NCBI GenBank assembly: GCA_964546765.1
Contig: CAZJKV010000003.1
Coordinates: forward strand, 1-51,330
Direction: 5' to 3'
Length of the DNA: 51,330 nt
Source of the DNA: an uncultured Chromatiales bacterium
Lineage (GTDB): Bacteria; Pseudomonadota; Gammaproteobacteria; SZUA-140
Positions 9,601 through 18,109 of the stretch are shown here, piece after piece. Under the pieces are notes generated by a model. That model made no database searches. It had not been told where the DNA came from and saw only the letters and a list, made by a program, of their open reading frames with translations. Position 1 is the first letter of the stretch. Each line of letters opens with the position of its first letter. Made by a program: the position numbers and the translations under genes.

Positions 9601-11264
9601 CCAGCGAGTTCGCACGCGGCTTCCTGCGCGGTCTGTTCGACAGCGACGGCTCGGTACAGGGGGCTCAGGACAAGGGCGTCAGCGTGCGCCTCGCGCAATC
9701 GGATGCCGAACTGCTGGAGGCGGTGCAGCGCATGCTGCTCCGGCTCGGCATCGCCTCGACGATCCACCGCGATCGTCGTCCGGCCGGCATGCGGCGCCTG
9801 CCCGACGACCAGGGCGGCATGGCCGAGTACCCGACTCGCGCGCAGCATGAGTTGCTGGTTTCGGGCGAGAATCTTGCGCGCTTCGCAGAACTCGTCGGTT
9901 TCTCTGATACATCCAAGGCCGCGCGTCTCGCCGACACGCTTGGACGCTATCACCGCCGTCTCAACCGTGAAAGGTTCACGGCGCGTATCGAGTCCGTAAC
10001 CGCAGACGGCTTCGAATCAGTGTTCGATGTGCAAGTACCGGGCATCAACACCTTCGATGCCAATGGACTGCACGCTCACAACTGCGGCGAGCAGGGCCTC
10101 CCGCCGTACGGCAGCTGTCTCCTGGGATCGATCAATCTCGCGAAGTTCGTGCGCGACCCGTTCACCGACAAGGCGCGCTTCGACTGGGACGAGTACCGCA
10201 AGGCCGTTGCGATCTTCACCCGCATGCTCGACAACGTCGTCGAGATCAACGGCCTGCCGCTGCCGCAGCAGCGCGACGAGATCGTGCGCAAGCGCCGCCA
10301 CGGCATGGGCTATCTCGGCCTCGGCTCGACGCTCGCGATGCTGCGCATGAAGTACGGCGACCCCGATTCGCTGGAGTTCACCGAGCGCGTCACCCGCGAG
10401 ATGGCGCTGGTCGGCTGGGAGACCGCGCTCGATCTCGCGCAGGAGAAGGGCCCGGCCCCAATCATGCTCGAAGAGTTCACCGTCACCGCCGAGATGCTGC
10501 GCAAGCGTCCGGAGATGGCGCGTGACGGCTACAGGATCGGCGACACGATCCAGGGCAAGGTACTGCACGCACGCTACAGCCGCTACATGCAGCGCATCGC
10601 CGGCGTCGCGCCCGAACTCGTGAACCTGCTCGCCGAGGTCGGCGCGCGCTTCACGCATCACAGCTCGATCGCGCCGACCGGCACGATCTCGCTGTCGCTC
10701 GCGAACAATGCCAGCAACGGCATCGAACCGAGTTTCGCGCATCACTACTATCGCAACGTGATCCGCGAGGGCCGCAAGAGCAAGGAGAAGATCGATGTCT
10801 ACTCCTACGAACTGCTCGCCTACCGCGAACGGATCAACCCCGGCGCGATACCGGGCTCCGACCAGCCCGAGGAGCAGCTGCCCGACTGGTTCGTCTCCGC
10901 CGACGACATCACGCCGAAGGCGCACGTCGACGTGCAGGCCGCAGCGCAGAAGTGGATCGATTCGTCGATCTCGAAGACCGCGAACGTACCGGGCGACTAC
11001 GACTACGAGGACTTCAAGGGCATCTATCTGTACGCCTACGAGCAGGACCTCAAGGGCTGCACGACCTTCCGCTTCAATCCGGAGGCATTCCAGGGCGTAC
11101 TGGTCAAGGAGAAGGACCTCGCGAACACGACCTACCGCTTCCAGCTCGAGGACGGCTCCGTCGTCGAGGCCCGCGGCAACGAGGAGATCGAATATGACGG
11201 CGAGACGCATTCCGCCGCGAATCTCTACGACGCCCTCAAGGAAGGCTATTACGGCAAGTACTGA
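6663..11264 (+). CDS. nrdJa: Class II (B12-dependent) ribonucleotide reductase large subunit containing two inteins (1533 aa precursor, 718 aa after removing both inteins)
   Basis: PAGRIVSNAG, TINC, ATNP|CGEQ, APTGTISL and DSSISKTAN motifs. ATG 6663 follows AGGAG, and nrdJb follows. Confidence 0.95.
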   Translation: MEQQAHLRVVSTPATEIPLQTASQDIWDKKYRLKTKDGRILDQTIDDTFKRIARALSEVEESAEKRERWYEQFLWALRHGAIPAGRIVSNAGALEHKPATSTINCTVSGTIEDSMDGILRRVHEAGLTLKAGCVAPDTKVITERGVVTARCAVEERHASMLCYDRDSGRFEMRAIERHMTTHVPQAENIEIVSNGVALKTSIKHPVLVFRNDELIYVRADEINANDALVHHAFLWQADESQAAEAWFTGAHLGDGSAYEKRFEYHPARKAWATKARAAGRRLVFKIRAAEREVVERYATFFNAFCGSRAKVVAAATPNGTPIWDYTVSSFEASRAASLIDNQTGKKSADLHVPAWISAHPDRHFLPFLAGLIDTDGTVGKETGSVWIAMQNPSFAEQLKTLLGMFGVYGAITIRKPREHHYHGKLIRDAGGAMLKISDSAFLARVAAYMADSGKRGRITNHATTSGQYDRYRMPARLSEALSAEADRLGHRERQTLGFYHGYHRKETISRVWIDRWSERFPHLRPLLDFARTLRPVEAIHRNLDIGETFYDFTVEKHHNYLAGENGFMVIHNCGIGYDFSTLRPRGGYVSGAGAYTSGPMSFMDIYDKMCFTVSSAGGRRGAQMGTFDIGHPDVIDFIRAKRENGRLRQFNLSLLITDEFMHAVKNDQQWRLAFPLPARVAESGEIDLNDPDKVVWREWPITKGYLVNEAGLVACKVERMIKARRLWDLIMTSTYDFAEPGFILIDKYNEMNNNWFCENIRATNPCVTADTWVQTAHGPRQVGELVGTSFLARVDGEDHATGPEGFFKTADKAVVRITTREGYQLRLTDDHRVRRVTRFTRYITDTEWCAAGDLRPGDRVLLNDHRSNPAWPGAYGKNEGYLIGLLVGDGTLKRDAAVLSVWMPAAAVNGTPVSTGVDGVMARALAACESLRTRADFTGWREVTGRNEYRLSAAAIKHLADELELAPGRKTVTPAIERTSSEFARGFLRGLFDSDGSVQGAQDKGVSVRLAQSDAELLEAVQRMLLRLGIASTIHRDRRPAGMRRLPDDQGGMAEYPTRAQHELLVSGENLARFAELVGFSDTSKAARLADTLGRYHRRLNRERFTARIESVTADGFESVFDVQVPGINTFDANGLHAHNCGEQGLPPYGSCLLGSINLAKFVRDPFTDKARFDWDEYRKAVAIFTRMLDNVVEINGLPLPQQRDEIVRKRRHGMGYLGLGSTLAMLRMKYGDPDSLEFTERVTREMALVGWETALDLAQEKGPAPIMLEEFTVTAEMLRKRPEMARDGYRIGDTIQGKVLHARYSRYMQRIAGVAPELVNLLAEVGARFTHHSSIAPTGTISLSLANNASNGIEPSFAHHYYRNVIREGRKSKEKIDVYSYELLAYRERINPGAIPGSDQPEEQLPDWFVSADDITPKAHVDVQAAAQKWIDSSISKTANVPGDYDYEDFKGIYLYAYEQDLKGCTTFRFNPEAFQGVLVKEKDLANTTYRFQLEDGSVVEARGNEEIEYDGETHSAANLYDALKEGYYGKY
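7059..8378 (+). mobile_element. Intein 1 (440 aa) with LAGLIDADG homing endonuclease
   Basis: Starts CVAPDTKV and ends ...YDFTVEKHHNYLAG...IHN|C. Internal FTGAHLGDG and FLAGLIDTDG. Removal restores LKAG-CGIGYDFS. Confidence 0.92.
8958..10082 (+). mobile_element. Intein 2 (375 aa) with LAGLIDADG homing endonuclease at the NP|CGE active-site position
   Basis: Starts CVTADTWV, has block B LTDDH and ends VFDVQVPG...AHN|C. Internal LIGLLVGDG and FLRGLFDSDG. Removal restores ATNPCGEQ. Confidence 0.95.
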
Positions 11265-11281
11265 TCATTCGGAGAGAGAAC

Positions 11282-11968
11282 ATGCCCATCAGGATCGACA
11301 GCAAGATCGTCAGCTACGAGGTTGCGAAGGAGGAGGATGACGAAAAAGGCGGCATGGAAGCCGCCGCTACGCCATCGAACATCGTTCACATGCACGAGCG
11401 GCTCGAGCGGCCGGACATGCTGCTCGGCTCGACCTACAAGGTCAAGACGCCGCTGACCGAGCACGCGCTCTATGTCACCATCAACGACATCGTGCTGAAT
11501 CCCGGCACCGAGCACGAGCTCAGGCGGCCCTTCGAGGTCTTCATCAACTCAAAGAACATGGATCACTTCCAGTGGATCGTCGCGCTGACGCGCATCGTCT
11601 CGGCGGTGTTCCGCAAGGGCGGCGACGTGACCTTCCTGGTCGAGGAGCTGCGCTCGGTGTTCGATCCGCGCGGCGGCTACTTCAAGAAGGGCGGCAAGTT
11701 CATGCCGTCGCTGGTCGCCGAGATCGGCGACGTCATCGAAAACCATCTGCGATTCATAGGGATGCTCAAGGGCGAGCGCCTCGACGAGCACCAGAAGGCC
11801 TATGTCGAGACCAAGCGGCGCGAATTCGAACAGTCCGCCGCCGTCAGCGCCGAAACCTCCGGCTTTCCGGATGGCGCACAGCTCTGTATCAAGTGCCAGA
11901 CCCGGGCCATGATCCAGCTGGACGGCTGCCTGACCTGCCTGAATTGCGGCGAGTCGAAATGCGGCTGA
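11282..11968 (+). CDS. nrdJb: Class II RNR small subunit (TSCPD domain plus C-terminal Cys-rich Zn ribbon)
   Basis: GSTYKVKTP..HALYVTIND, RPFEVFINSK and a C-terminal CxxC...CLTCLNCGESKCG. Directly follows nrdJa. Confidence 0.92.
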   Translation: MPIRIDSKIVSYEVAKEEDDEKGGMEAAATPSNIVHMHERLERPDMLLGSTYKVKTPLTEHALYVTINDIVLNPGTEHELRRPFEVFINSKNMDHFQWIVALTRIVSAVFRKGGDVTFLVEELRSVFDPRGGYFKKGGKFMPSLVAEIGDVIENHLRFIGMLKGERLDEHQKAYVETKRREFEQSAAVSAETSGFPDGAQLCIKCQTRAMIQLDGCLTCLNCGESKCG

Positions 11969-12071
11969 GCACCACCCGGAGGCACGAAAAAGAGATCGGT
12001 GAAGGCCGTTTCGTGATATAATTCACACTGTAGTACATGCTGTCCCGGTGCACTCGAGAGAGGAGCCATAT

Positions 12072-12305
12072 ATGTCAGTCAAGCAGAAGCCTGTGGTCGG
12101 CAACTGGTACATGAACCTGAGCGGCCAACTGATCAAGGTGTGGGCGCTCGGTTATTCCGCCGGTCGGGTCAGGAAGGTCGTCATCGAATACCTGAATGGC
12201 AAGCGCAGGATCATCGGGATCGGTGACTGGTGGTCGATGGACCTCGAGGTGCACCTGTACCGTGCGACGCGCCGGCAACGTAACGGCGAAGAGCTGCACC
12301 GCTGA
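12072..12305 (+). CDS. Small hypothetical protein (77 aa)
   Basis: AGGAG RBS at 12061, PVVGNWY...IEYLNG...WWSMDLE pattern, and a long hairpin downstream. Confidence 0.6.
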   Translation: MSVKQKPVVGNWYMNLSGQLIKVWALGYSAGRVRKVVIEYLNGKRRIIGIGDWWSMDLEVHLYRATRRQRNGEELHR

Positions 12306-12309
12306 ACTG

Positions 12310-12360
12310 AAAGGGGTCAGTACCCTTTTCCCGTGACGGGAAAAGGGTACTGACCCCTTT
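12310..12360. repeat. Perfect 25-bp inverted repeat (terminator or REP-like palindrome)
   Basis: AAAGGGGTCAGTACCCTTTTCCCGT-G-ACGGGAAAAGGGTACTGACCCCTTT followed by TT. Confidence 0.85.
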
Positions 12361-12536
12361 TTGATGCCTTTCCTGTCCATATACGGACACCGTCAACTTG
12401 CTTTTTCTTCAATAACCACCGGTACTTGTCAGTTATTTCCGGGCCGGATTCGCTTGACCCTGCCAGCCTGCTTGGCCATAATCCGCAGGGTTGTAAGTCC
12501 CGGTCAATTCAGGGGCATATCCCGGGTAAGGAGAAG

Positions 12537-12866
12537 ATGATGAAAGTACAATTTGTAGGACTGGCGGCCGGCGCTGCCTTGATGCTCGGCGCAGGACAGG
12601 CCACTGCAGACCTCGACCTGGCCAGGTCCTCCGGCTGCATGGCCTGCCATGCGATCGATACCAAGGTCGTCGGACCCTCGTGGAAGGATGTCAACGCGCG
12701 TTATGCCGGCGAGGCGGGGGCGAGTGAAATCCTGTTCGAGAAGATCAAGATGGGCGGTCGCGGCAACTGGACCGACGTCACCGGCGGCGTGCCGATGCCG
12801 CCCTATTCCCCCCGCGTGTCGGATGAGGACATCACGAAGCTCGTCGATTTCGTGCTGAACATGTGA
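12537..12866 (+). CDS. Periplasmic monoheme class I cytochrome c (c551/c552-like)
   Basis: Signal peptide, CMACH, VGPSW and a distal Met in VPMPP. AAGGAG RBS. Confidence 0.92.
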   Translation: MMKVQFVGLAAGAALMLGAGQATADLDLARSSGCMACHAIDTKVVGPSWKDVNARYAGEAGASEILFEKIKMGGRGNWTDVTGGVPMPPYSPRVSDEDITKLVDFVLNM

Positions 12867-12878
12867 TTATCGGGATCA

Positions 12879-12923
12879 GCGGGAATGAGAAAGCCGGCCT
12901 CGCGCCGGCTTTTTCATTCCCGC
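12879..12923. terminator. Bidirectional hairpin between cytochrome c and regA
   Basis: GCGGGAATGAGAAAGCCGGC-CTCGC-GCCGGCTTTTTCATTCCCGC, overlapping the regA stop codon. Confidence 0.75.
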
Positions 12924-13441
12924 GCCGGGCGTTTCTGCAGCTTGCGCTGCAGCGTGCGGCGATGCATACCGAGGCGGCGCGCGGTCATCGAGATATTGCC
13001 GTCGCACTCCAGCAGGACCTTCTGGATATGCTCCCATTCGAGCCGGCTGACCGACATCGGGCGCAAGGCATGCGGTGTCGACACGTCGCCATCATCCCGT
13101 TCGAAGGCGCGAACGATGTCGTCGATCCCGGCCGGCTTGGTCAGATAATGCACCGCGCCGAGCTTGACCGCCTCTACCGCGGTCGCGATGCTCGCATAGC
13201 CGGTCAGCACGACGATCCGGATGTCACGCGACAGCGCGCTCAGATGTTCGACCAGCATCAGTCCGGAGGCATCCGGCAGACAGAGGTCGATCAGCGCAAA
13301 GCGGGGCCGGTGACGGGTCGCGGCCGCAAGTCCGGTGTCGATATCATGGGCGACTTCAACGTCGAAGCCGCGCCTGCGCAGGGCCTGCGCCAGGACTGAA
13401 CAGAACACCTCGTCGTCATCGACCAGCAGCAGCCTTTCCAT
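12914..13441 (-). CDS. regA: RegA/PrrA/RoxR-family response regulator
   Basis: LLLVDDD, LTGYASIATAVEAVKLGA and RLEWEHIQKVL...GNISMTARRLGMHRRTLQRKLQK. Start could be slightly upstream. Confidence 0.93.
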   Translation of the reverse strand: MERLLLVDDDEVFCSVLAQALRRRGFDVEVAHDIDTGLAAATRHRPRFALIDLCLPDASGLMLVEHLSALSRDIRIVVLTGYASIATAVEAVKLGAVHYLTKPAGIDDIVRAFERDDGDVSTPHALRPMSVSRLEWEHIQKVLLECDGNISMTARRLGMHRRTLQRKLQKRPARE

Positions 13442-14759
13442 CGGATCCGCCAGTTGATTTGAGCGACGCCGCGACGGCGCCACGGGCCGCGCGTTCCACC
13501 TTCAGACCAGCGAGCGGCAGTTCGACGCGGGTGCAGGCACCGCCACCCTCGCGATTGAACAGGTGCACCCGCCCTTGCATGCGTTCGATGACCGAATAGG
13601 CGAGATAGAGGCCGAGGCCGAGGCCTTCGTCGGGCCGCTTGGTCGAGAACACGGTCCTGCCTGCCGCGGACAGCGTCGTCGGGGCCAGACCCGCGCCGCG
13701 ATCACAGACCTCGAAGCACAGACGCGCGTCGTCCCACTCGGCATCGACCTCGATGCCTTCGCGTGAAGCGTCGGCGGCGTTGTTCAGGATGCTGGTCAGG
13801 GCGTGGCTGAGTGTCTGTTCGGCGACGACTTCTGGCGCCGGCGCAGGACCTTCGATCCTGACGGTCGCCGTGATGCCGGGACGAAGCTCCTGCCACTGGC
13901 GCAGCAGATCGTCGAGCCAGTCATCGAGGTGACGGCTCCGGCCGGCCGCGGCCTGACTCTGCCCGGCGGACATCGACAGCATCGCCAGGGTTTCCTTGCA
14001 ACGCCGGACCTGCTGCGTCAGTATCCTGGCCCGCGCGGCGAGTTCCGGATCGGTCGTCTTGTATTCCGCCTCGATCTCCCCGGCCAACAGACCGATGGTC
14101 CCGAGCGGTGTGCCGAGTTCATGCGCCGCGCCGGCCGCGAGCGTCCCGAGCGCGACGATCCGTTCGTCGCGCAGGGCATGTTCGCGACTCCGGGACAGCA
14201 GCCGGTCGCGCTCGCGCAGTGCCTGGCCCATGCGTGCGACGAAGGTCGCGATCAGGCCCGCGCTCAGCACGAAACCAGACCACATCCCGAGGATATGAAA
14301 GTCGAATTCCTGTGCATGGGTATGGGTCGCGAACGGCAGCGGGACAAAGATGAACAGCAGCAGCGTGTAGCACACCACGGTCAGCAGCGCGATGATCCAG
14401 GTATAGCGGCCCGGCAGCAGTGCGGCCGAGATCGTCAGCGGCAACAGGAACAACAGGGTCAGCGGATTCGTCGAACCGCCGGTCAGGTAGAGCAGGGCGG
14501 TCAACAGCAGGATGTCTATGACCAGCTGACTGAAGAACACCGGGTCCGGGATCTCGTCCCAGTCCCGCAGCCACCACCAGGTCGCGAGGCTGATCAGGAT
14601 CCACACCGAGATCACGGCCGTGATCGGGATCGCCCGCAACTCGAGCTCGAGTATCGACTGGACGAAATACAGCGCCCCGAGCCAGCCGGCGATCGCAATG
14701 CCCCGCAACAACAGCAGGCGGCGCAGGTTCAGGACGGCTGTAGTCGAAGATGGCGGCAT
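13416..14759 (-). CDS. regB: RegB/PrrB/RoxS-family sensor histidine kinase
   Basis: Six TM segments, GGSTNPL quinone-binding motif, AAHELGTPL H-box, redox Cys in VRRCK and GLGLGL. Confidence 0.93.
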   Translation of the reverse strand: MPPSSTTAVLNLRRLLLLRGIAIAGWLGALYFVQSILELELRAIPITAVISVWILISLATWWWLRDWDEIPDPVFFSQLVIDILLLTALLYLTGGSTNPLTLLFLLPLTISAALLPGRYTWIIALLTVVCYTLLLFIFVPLPFATHTHAQEFDFHILGMWSGFVLSAGLIATFVARMGQALRERDRLLSRSREHALRDERIVALGTLAAGAAHELGTPLGTIGLLAGEIEAEYKTTDPELAARARILTQQVRRCKETLAMLSMSAGQSQAAAGRSRHLDDWLDDLLRQWQELRPGITATVRIEGPAPAPEVVAEQTLSHALTSILNNAADASREGIEVDAEWDDARLCFEVCDRGAGLAPTTLSAAGRTVFSTKRPDEGLGLGLYLAYSVIERMQGRVHLFNREGGGACTRVELPLAGLKVERAARGAVAASLKSTGGSDGKAAAGR

Positions 14760-14818
14760 GTCAGGGGTTCGGTCCGGTGACTCATCCTAACCCGGGACGG
14801 TGCGGGTGCGGCCTGGAC

Positions 14819-14833
14819 GCGACATATCGCCGC
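14819..14833 (-). promoter_or_regulatory. RegA/RegR binding box
   Basis: The minus strand reads GCGGC-GATAT-GTCGC, an exact match to the RegR box GCGGC-N5-GTCGC, about 60 nt upstream of regB. Confidence 0.65.
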
Positions 14834-14880
14834 AGCCCCCGTGGCCGGGAAACACACTGTTTCCGGAATTGGACTAATTC

Positions 14881-14924
14881 AATAATGATAACTATTTGCA
14901 TTTAAGAACGGGGCAGGGTAGACT
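14881..14924 (+). promoter_or_regulatory. Fur box overlapping a sigma70 promoter
   Basis: AATAATGATAACTATTTGCATT resembles the Fur box. -35 TTGCAT (14896-14901), 17 nt spacer, -10 TAGACT (14919-14924). Confidence 0.75.
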
Positions 14925-14930
14925 CAGTAC

Positions 14931-15017
14931 CGAGTCTTAGCACTCACCCCCCCAACACGCGTTCCCCCTCCTCAATAACGCGTGATTCCGGGAGCGCCCT
15001 GCGCTCCCGTTTTTTTT
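14931..15017 (+). ncRNA. Candidate Fur-regulated small RNA (about 87 nt)
   Basis: Lies between the promoter and a + strand intrinsic terminator with no + strand ORF. Internal stem CACGCGTT/AACGCGTG presents the loop CCCCCTCCTCAAT. Confidence 0.65.
14989..15017 (+). terminator. Rho-independent terminator
   Basis: CGGGAGCGC-CCT-GCGCTCCCG followed by T8. Confidence 0.85.
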
Positions 15018-15180
15018 ACAGGACCAGCATCTCGAAGTCCCGCTTTGCGGCGCCGCAATCCGGACAGTGCCAGTTGTCCGGGACATCTTCCCAGCGGGTG
15101 CCCGGGGAGATGCCGTGGTCCGGCAGGCCGGCCGCCTCGTCATAGATGAAGCCGCATATCACGCACATGTATTTGTTCAT
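15016..15180 (-). CDS. Rubredoxin
   Basis: 54 aa, [15 protein letters not shown]...[17 protein letters not shown]. Confidence 0.93.
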   Translation of the reverse strand: MNKYMCVICGFIYDEAAGLPDHGISPGTRWEDVPDNWHCPDCGAAKRDFEMLVL

Positions 15181-15314
15181 GGGATCGACAGGATCACGGG
15201 AGCGGAACAAAGCAGCGACGCAGAACATGCGTCCCGCCTCACTACCCTGCAATGTACCATATCGCCGATGCTAGAATGAAGGCTGTCCCGGTCACTGCAA
15301 GCAACGATCACGGC

Positions 15315-16127
15315 ATGAATCCATCCGCCAGCATCCCTGTCGTCCTCGCACTCTCGGGTCTCGACCCGACCGGCGGCGCCGGCATCCAGGCCGACATCGA
15401 GGCGCTCGCGAGCATGGGCTGTCATGCCGCGCCGGTGATCACTGCGCTGACCGTGCAAACCACCCGTGACGCCACGGGGTACGAGGCGGTGGATGCCGGC
15501 CTGCTGCGCCGCCAGCTCGATGCGCTCTTCGGCGACATGGCGGTGGCCGCCTGCAAGATCGGCATGCCCGGCAGTGCCGCGATCGTGCGTGTCGTGCACG
15601 AGGTACTCGGGCGCCATGGCAGGATCCCGGTGATCCTCGACCCGGTCCTGGTCGCCGGCGGCGGCGGCGCGCTCGCCGATGCCGATACCCGCGACGCGAT
15701 GGTCGAACTGCTGCTGCCGCTCGCGACGATCGTGACCCCGAATCACCGCGAGGCACAAGCGCTCGCGCCACAGGCAGACGGTGTCGACGCGCGCGCGCGC
15801 GAACTGACCGCGCGCGGCGCCGAGTATGTGCTCGTTACCGGCGCAGACGATCCCGTCGAGCGGGTCGTCAATCGCCTCTATGACAGCGCCGGTCTGGTCG
15901 AGGCCTTTCAGTGGGAAAGACTGCCCGGCAGCTTCCATGGCTCGGGATGCACACTGGCCGCGGCCATCGCCGGGCTGATCGCGCATGGCGCCGAGCCGCG
16001 CGCGGCTGTGCGTGAGGCGCAAGAGTATACCTGGGAGACGCTGCGGCAGGGCTACCGCATCGGCGCCGGACAGGCGGTGCCGAATCGCCTGTTCTGGGCC
16101 GTCTACGACAAGGGGCTCGTCGTATGA
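15315..16127 (+). CDS. thiD: Hydroxymethylpyrimidine/phosphomethylpyrimidine kinase
   Basis: GLDPTGGAGIQADI, TPNHRE and FHGSGCTLA motifs. Start uncertain. Confidence 0.9.
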   Translation: MNPSASIPVVLALSGLDPTGGAGIQADIEALASMGCHAAPVITALTVQTTRDATGYEAVDAGLLRRQLDALFGDMAVAACKIGMPGSAAIVRVVHEVLGRHGRIPVILDPVLVAGGGGALADADTRDAMVELLLPLATIVTPNHREAQALAPQADGVDARARELTARGAEYVLVTGADDPVERVVNRLYDSAGLVEAFQWERLPGSFHGSGCTLAAAIAGLIAHGAEPRAAVREAQEYTWETLRQGYRIGAGQAVPNRLFWAVYDKGLVV

Positions 16128-16792
16128 CGCAGGCGCAGGTTGCCGGCCTGTACGTCATCGCTGACACGGCATTGCTGGCGCCGGGCACGCTAGCGAACGC
16201 CGTCGCCGGGGCACTGCGTGGCGGCGCTGCGATCGTCCAGTACCGTGACAAGCGCCGTGACGAAGATGGCGCGAGGCAGCGCGCGGAACTGATCGCGTTG
16301 CGCGCGCTGTGCCGCCGCTCCGGCGCACCGCTGATCATCAACGACGATCCGGAACTCGCGCTCGAGATCGGCGCAGACGGCGTGCACCTGGGTAGGGACG
16401 ACGGCCGGATCACCGCCGCCCGCGCGCGCCTCGGTGACGGAATGCTGATCGGCGCATCCTGTTATAATGACCTTTCGCTGGCGTTCGCGGCGCGCGAGGC
16501 GGGCGCGGATTACGTCGCCTTCGGCAGTTTTTTTGCGTCCCGGACCAAGCCGGAAGCGGTCGCCGCGCCGGTCGAGCTGCTGCGGCGCGCGCGTCAGGCC
16601 CTCGATCTGCCGCTGGTCGCAATCGGGGGTATCACGCCGGAAAACGGCGCCCAGTTGATCGCAGCGGGCGCCGATGCGCTTGCCGTTATCAGCGGCGTTT
16701 TCGGTCAGCCCGACCCGGAGGCAGCGGCGCGCCGCTACGCCCGGCTGTGGACGCAACAAACTTCAAGCGGTCAGACAGGGGAAGCGCGATGA
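16124..16792 (+). CDS. thiE: Thiamine-phosphate synthase
   Basis: VQYRDK, LIINDD, DGVHLG, GASCY and VAIGGI motifs. ATGA overlap with thiD. Confidence 0.93.
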   Translation: MTQAQVAGLYVIADTALLAPGTLANAVAGALRGGAAIVQYRDKRRDEDGARQRAELIALRALCRRSGAPLIINDDPELALEIGADGVHLGRDDGRITAARARLGDGMLIGASCYNDLSLAFAAREAGADYVAFGSFFASRTKPEAVAAPVELLRRARQALDLPLVAIGGITPENGAQLIAAGADALAVISGVFGQPDPEAAARRYARLWTQQTSSGQTGEAR

Positions 16793-18069
16793 CGCAGTCA
16801 CATGAACTGTATGCAAAGGCCCGCCGGGTGATTCCGGGGGGCGTCAATTCGCCGGTGCGCGCCTTCAACGGCGTCGGCGGCGAACCCGTATTCTTCCGCC
16901 GCGGCGCCGGTCCCTGTCTCTATGACGTCGACGACAAGGAATACGTCGATTATGTCGGCTCCTGGGGCGCCGCGATCCTCGGCCACGCCCACCCGGCCGT
17001 CATCGCGGCGGTGAAGCAGGCCATCGAGAACGGACTCGGCTTCGGCGCGCCGACCGAGATCGAGACCAGGATGGCCGACCTGCTGTGCAGGCTTGTGCCG
17101 TCGCTGGACATGGTGCGCATGGTCAACTCCGGCACCGAGGCGACGATGAGCGCGATCCGCCTCGCGCGCGCATATACCGGTCGCGACAAGATCCTGAAGT
17201 TCGAAGGCTGCTACCACGGCCACTCGGACTCGCTGCTGGTCAAGGCCGGGTCCGGCGCGCTGACCCTAGGCGTGCCGACCTCGCCCGGCGTGCCGGTTGC
17301 GCTCGCCGAACACACGATCACAGTGCCGTTCAACGATCTCGACAAGGTCGAGGAGGTCTTCGCCCATGTCGGCGGACAGATCGCCTGCATCATCGTCGAA
17401 CCGGTCGCAGGCAATATGAACTGCATCCTGCCGAAATCCGGCTTCCTCGCCGGCCTGCGCCGCCTCTGCGACGAATATGAGTCGGTGCTGATCTTCGACG
17501 AGGTGATGACCGGATTTCGCGTCGCTCTCGGCGGCGCGCAGCAGCGCTTCGGTGTCAAGCCCGACCTGACGACTCTCGGCAAGATTATCGGCGGCGGCCT
17601 GCCGGTCGGTGCCTTCGGCGGCCGGCGCGACATCATGGAAAAGATCGCGCCGCTCGGTCCCGTCTACCAGGCCGGCACCTTGTCCGGCAACCCGGTCGCG
17701 ATGGCGGCGGGACTCGCGACCCTGCAGGAGCTGACACGCGACGACTTCTACGAAAACCTCGGCGCAACGACCAAGCGCATCGCCGAGGGGCTCGCGACCC
17801 GCGCGAAGGCCTTCAACATCCCGCTGCGCGTCAACTATGTCGGCGGCATGTTCGGCCTCTTCTTCAGCGCAGAGGAAAGGATAGAGAACTTCAGCCAGGT
17901 CACCAACAGCAACCTCGACCGCTTCCGGTTGTTCTTCCACGGCCTGCTGGAGCAGGGCATCTATCTCGCACCGTCTCCGTTTGAGGCCTGCTTCGTATCG
18001 TCGGTTCACGGCCAGCCCGAAATCAAGCGCACGATGATCGCTGCCGAGCAGGTTTTCTCACAGCTCTGA
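16789..18069 (+). CDS. hemL: Glutamate-1-semialdehyde 2,1-aminomutase
   Basis: [37 protein letters not shown] and [10 protein letters not shown] motifs. ATGA overlap with thiE. Confidence 0.97.
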   Translation: MTQSHELYAKARRVIPGGVNSPVRAFNGVGGEPVFFRRGAGPCLYDVDDKEYVDYVGSWGAAILGHAHPAVIAAVKQAIENGLGFGAPTEIETRMADLLCRLVPSLDMVRMVNSGTEATMSAIRLARAYTGRDKILKFEGCYHGHSDSLLVKAGSGALTLGVPTSPGVPVALAEHTITVPFNDLDKVEEVFAHVGGQIACIIVEPVAGNMNCILPKSGFLAGLRRLCDEYESVLIFDEVMTGFRVALGGAQQRFGVKPDLTTLGKIIGGGLPVGAFGGRRDIMEKIAPLGPVYQAGTLSGNPVAMAAGLATLQELTRDDFYENLGATTKRIAEGLATRAKAFNIPLRVNYVGGMFGLFFSAEERIENFSQVTNSNLDRFRLFFHGLLEQGIYLAPSPFEACFVSSVHGQPEIKRTMIAAEQVFSQL

Positions 18070-18109
18070 AGTCTGCACCACGCCAACGGGGCCGGACCTG
18101 AGCTTTCAC

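Noticed and set aside
15016-18069. Rubredoxin divergent from thiD-thiE-hemL as a novel cluster
   Set aside because: This is a familiar conserved arrangement in beta- and gammaproteobacteria. No TPP riboswitch was seen either.
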